From an uncultured bacterium (lineage in GTDB: Bacteria > Abyssobacteria > SURF-5), in NCBI GenBank assembly GCA_964607485.1, contig CAZSKP010000009.1, positions 14,045-78,044 on the forward strand: DNA of 64,000 bases. Direction: 5' to 3'. The notes under the pieces were generated by a model. It saw nothing but the letters and a program-made list of their open reading frames with translations, was not told the origin of the DNA and searched no databases. Positions 62,039-64,000 of this stretch are shown piece by piece (positions within the stretch are counted from its first letter, which is position 1; the number at the start of each line of letters is the position of its first letter). Made by a program: the position numbers and the translations under genes.

Positions 62039-62902
62039 TCAGGATCCTACCTTCTTCTTCAGAAATTCCAGGAAGGCCTCCCCGAAATCTTTTCTTTTCA
62101 GTCCGTATTCGACCTGGGTCTTCAGGTAGTCGAGCTTGTCGCCGATATCGTATCGCTTCCCCTTAATGGTCAAGGAGTAAACAGGCTGCTCATTCTGGAG
62201 CAATCTCAGAGCATCGGTAAGCTGCACCTCATCGTTCCTGCCCCTCGGCAAGCTCTCCAGGATGTCGAAAATCCCCGGTGTAAGTATGTAGCGACCGGCT
62301 ATGGCCAGCGTGGAGTCGGTCTCTTGGACGGAAGGCTTCTCAATCAGGGAGGTCACCTCGTGGACATTTTCGCTAATCCTTTTTCCATCGACAATACCAT
62401 ACCGTGAGACTTTTTCCCTTGGTACTGTTTCAACCGCAATGATGGTATGCCTGTACTCGTTGTAGCACTCGACGATTTGTCGGACGGCCGGCGTATCGGA
62501 TTCGATAATAGTATCGCCCAGCAGCACTGCAAACGGCTCATCGCCGACGTGATGGCGGGCGCAGAAGACCGCATCTCCCAGCCCCTTCGTTTCCTTCTGC
62601 CGGACGAAATGTATGTTTGCCGTATCGGCAATCCGCTGGACCTCGTTGTAGAGAGCCTTCTCCTCTTTGTTGTCAAGAATCCGCTCCAATTCCGGATTGC
62701 GGTCAAAATGGTCCTCGATGGCTCGCTTCCCCTTCCCGGTGACGATGAGGATGTCGTCGATGCCCGACTCCACCGCTTCCTGAACCACGTACTGTATCGT
62801 CGGCGTATCGATGATTGGAAGCATCTCCTTCGGTTGCGCCTTTGTGGCGGGTAAGAATCTTGTCCCCAATCCTGCCGCCGGAATGACAGCCTTTCGTATC
62901 AT
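62039..62902 (-). CDS. galU: UTP--glucose-1-phosphate uridylyltransferase
   Basis: 287 aa; KAVIPAAGLGTRFLPATKAQPKEMLPI nucleotidyltransferase signature. Confidence 0.9.
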   Translation of the reverse strand: MIRKAVIPAAGLGTRFLPATKAQPKEMLPIIDTPTIQYVVQEAVESGIDDILIVTGKGKRAIEDHFDRNPELERILDNKEEKALYNEVQRIADTANIHFVRQKETKGLGDAVFCARHHVGDEPFAVLLGDTIIESDTPAVRQIVECYNEYRHTIIAVETVPREKVSRYGIVDGKRISENVHEVTSLIEKPSVQETDSTLAIAGRYILTPGIFDILESLPRGRNDEVQLTDALRLLQNEQPVYSLTIKGKRYDIGDKLDYLKTQVEYGLKRKDFGEAFLEFLKKKVGS

Positions 62903-62916
62903 TTGTGAAATGCCCC

Positions 62917-63912
62917 CTACGCTACCGTCGGCTTGACCACCGTGGCCTCCATCTTCGCGAATGCCTCGACCAGTTCTCCAAACATATCATCGTCTCTGTA
63001 CATTCCGATTATCGATCCTCCAGAGCCTGCGAATTTGGCCGACGCTCCAAGCTTTCGGGCGGTTTCCACCATCTCGCGATCTCCCACGCTGATCCTCATA
63101 ATCTTACTTCTCTGGTCGAAATTCTCATTCATCAGGTCGAACAGACGGTCGAAGTCACTGTTCAGCAAGGCCTGTCTTCCTTCCTCAGCGATTTCCGCTA
63201 TGCGGCCTAGGCAATCGAGAACCAGCCTGTCACCTTGCTCATATCCGATACGTATCGTATTGAGCGCATGTCCCGACACTTTCCCGAGGCCCTCCTTGTA
63301 AGCTATGAACAATTGAGGCAGGAGCTTTGGGTCAAGGCGCTCATAGTGGCCCCGATTGTTCCGTTCCATCAGCTCACGATCAAAATCCATGTGGAGACAT
63401 CCCCCGTACGCCTGGATGACCCTATCCTGCAAGCCGGCATTGATTCCGAGTTCACTCTTCTCCGCGTCCAGCGTGAGCGAAGGAAGGACCTCCAGCGGAA
63501 TATCGACGCCAAAGAATCTCATGAGGCACCGGACGGCGGCGGTGACAATCGCGCTCGAACCTCCCAGCCCTACTTGGCGCGGTATCGACGACTGCGACCG
63601 CATCGTGAAATTCTTCTGCTCAAGCTCAATTTCGTTCGAGACGCAGTAATCATGGAATTTCGTCATCGCCGCCTTCAGCAGGCGTTCGGCTCCGTAATAC
63701 CCGTAACGGCCAACCTGGCGAGCAAGATCTTCAACACTCTCATACGAAGATGCCTCATAGTCATAATCCTCGATTCGAAGCCTATCTGTTGGCTCAAGCG
63801 AGACATGCGCGGTGAAGTTGTCGAGGGCAATCGATATCGTCTTGCCGAAATAGCCGTCCGATGGATTCCCCAAGAAACCCGCACGCGCGTGTGCCCTGGC
63901 TTCTATTGCCAT
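62917..63912 (-). CDS. GHMP-family sugar kinase
   Basis: 331 aa; GHMP ATP-binding motif PRQVGLGGSSAIVTAA; adjacent to galU. Confidence 0.7.
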   Translation of the reverse strand: MAIEARAHARAGFLGNPSDGYFGKTISIALDNFTAHVSLEPTDRLRIEDYDYEASSYESVEDLARQVGRYGYYGAERLLKAAMTKFHDYCVSNEIELEQKNFTMRSQSSIPRQVGLGGSSAIVTAAVRCLMRFFGVDIPLEVLPSLTLDAEKSELGINAGLQDRVIQAYGGCLHMDFDRELMERNNRGHYERLDPKLLPQLFIAYKEGLGKVSGHALNTIRIGYEQGDRLVLDCLGRIAEIAEEGRQALLNSDFDRLFDLMNENFDQRSKIMRISVGDREMVETARKLGASAKFAGSGGSIIGMYRDDDMFGELVEAFAKMEATVVKPTVA

Positions 63913-64000
63913 GCTGCGCTCATCCTCTCATTGTCTGGACGCTTGTTGCGACCTGTTTTGTCGAAAGCAATAAAATCTTAACGTCACAGTACCGGTTAGT

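Overview
High-GC bacterial chromosomal segment (about 60-68% GC in hand-counted sample lines) with dense, mostly minus-strand housekeeping genes from position 1 to about 45.7 kb, then a mixed-strand region. All calls rest on reading the six-frame translations and the sequence by eye; no database search was run. Two loci stand out. (1) A low-GC (about 40-45% in sampled lines) three-gene cassette at 16.5-18.9 kb sits between rpiB and glyA, which are otherwise part of a tsaC-rpiB-glyA run; it encodes a nitrilase-superfamily (CN-hydrolase-like) protein plus two proteins I cannot assign, and is my best candidate for an undescribed accessory system. (2) An arsR-hgcA-hgcB locus at 47.7-50.0 kb carries the HgcA cap-helix motif and an HgcB ferredoxin ending in Cys-Cys, but the hgcA reading frame begins with about 210 codons of a class I SAM-methyltransferase domain, an architecture I do not recognise. 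Other points of note: an FtsX-EnvC single-ORF fusion, a RadC-like JAB domain fused to a DinG helicase, an rph gene split by a frameshift, a perfect 29-bp inverted-repeat pair, and tandem paralogous coiled-coil membrane proteins behind a consensus sigma70 promoter. No rRNA, tRNA or CRISPR array was recognised by eye. Several starts were moved from the ORF-track start to an internal ATG/GTG where homology and an RBS supported it; island gene starts are TTG and uncertain.
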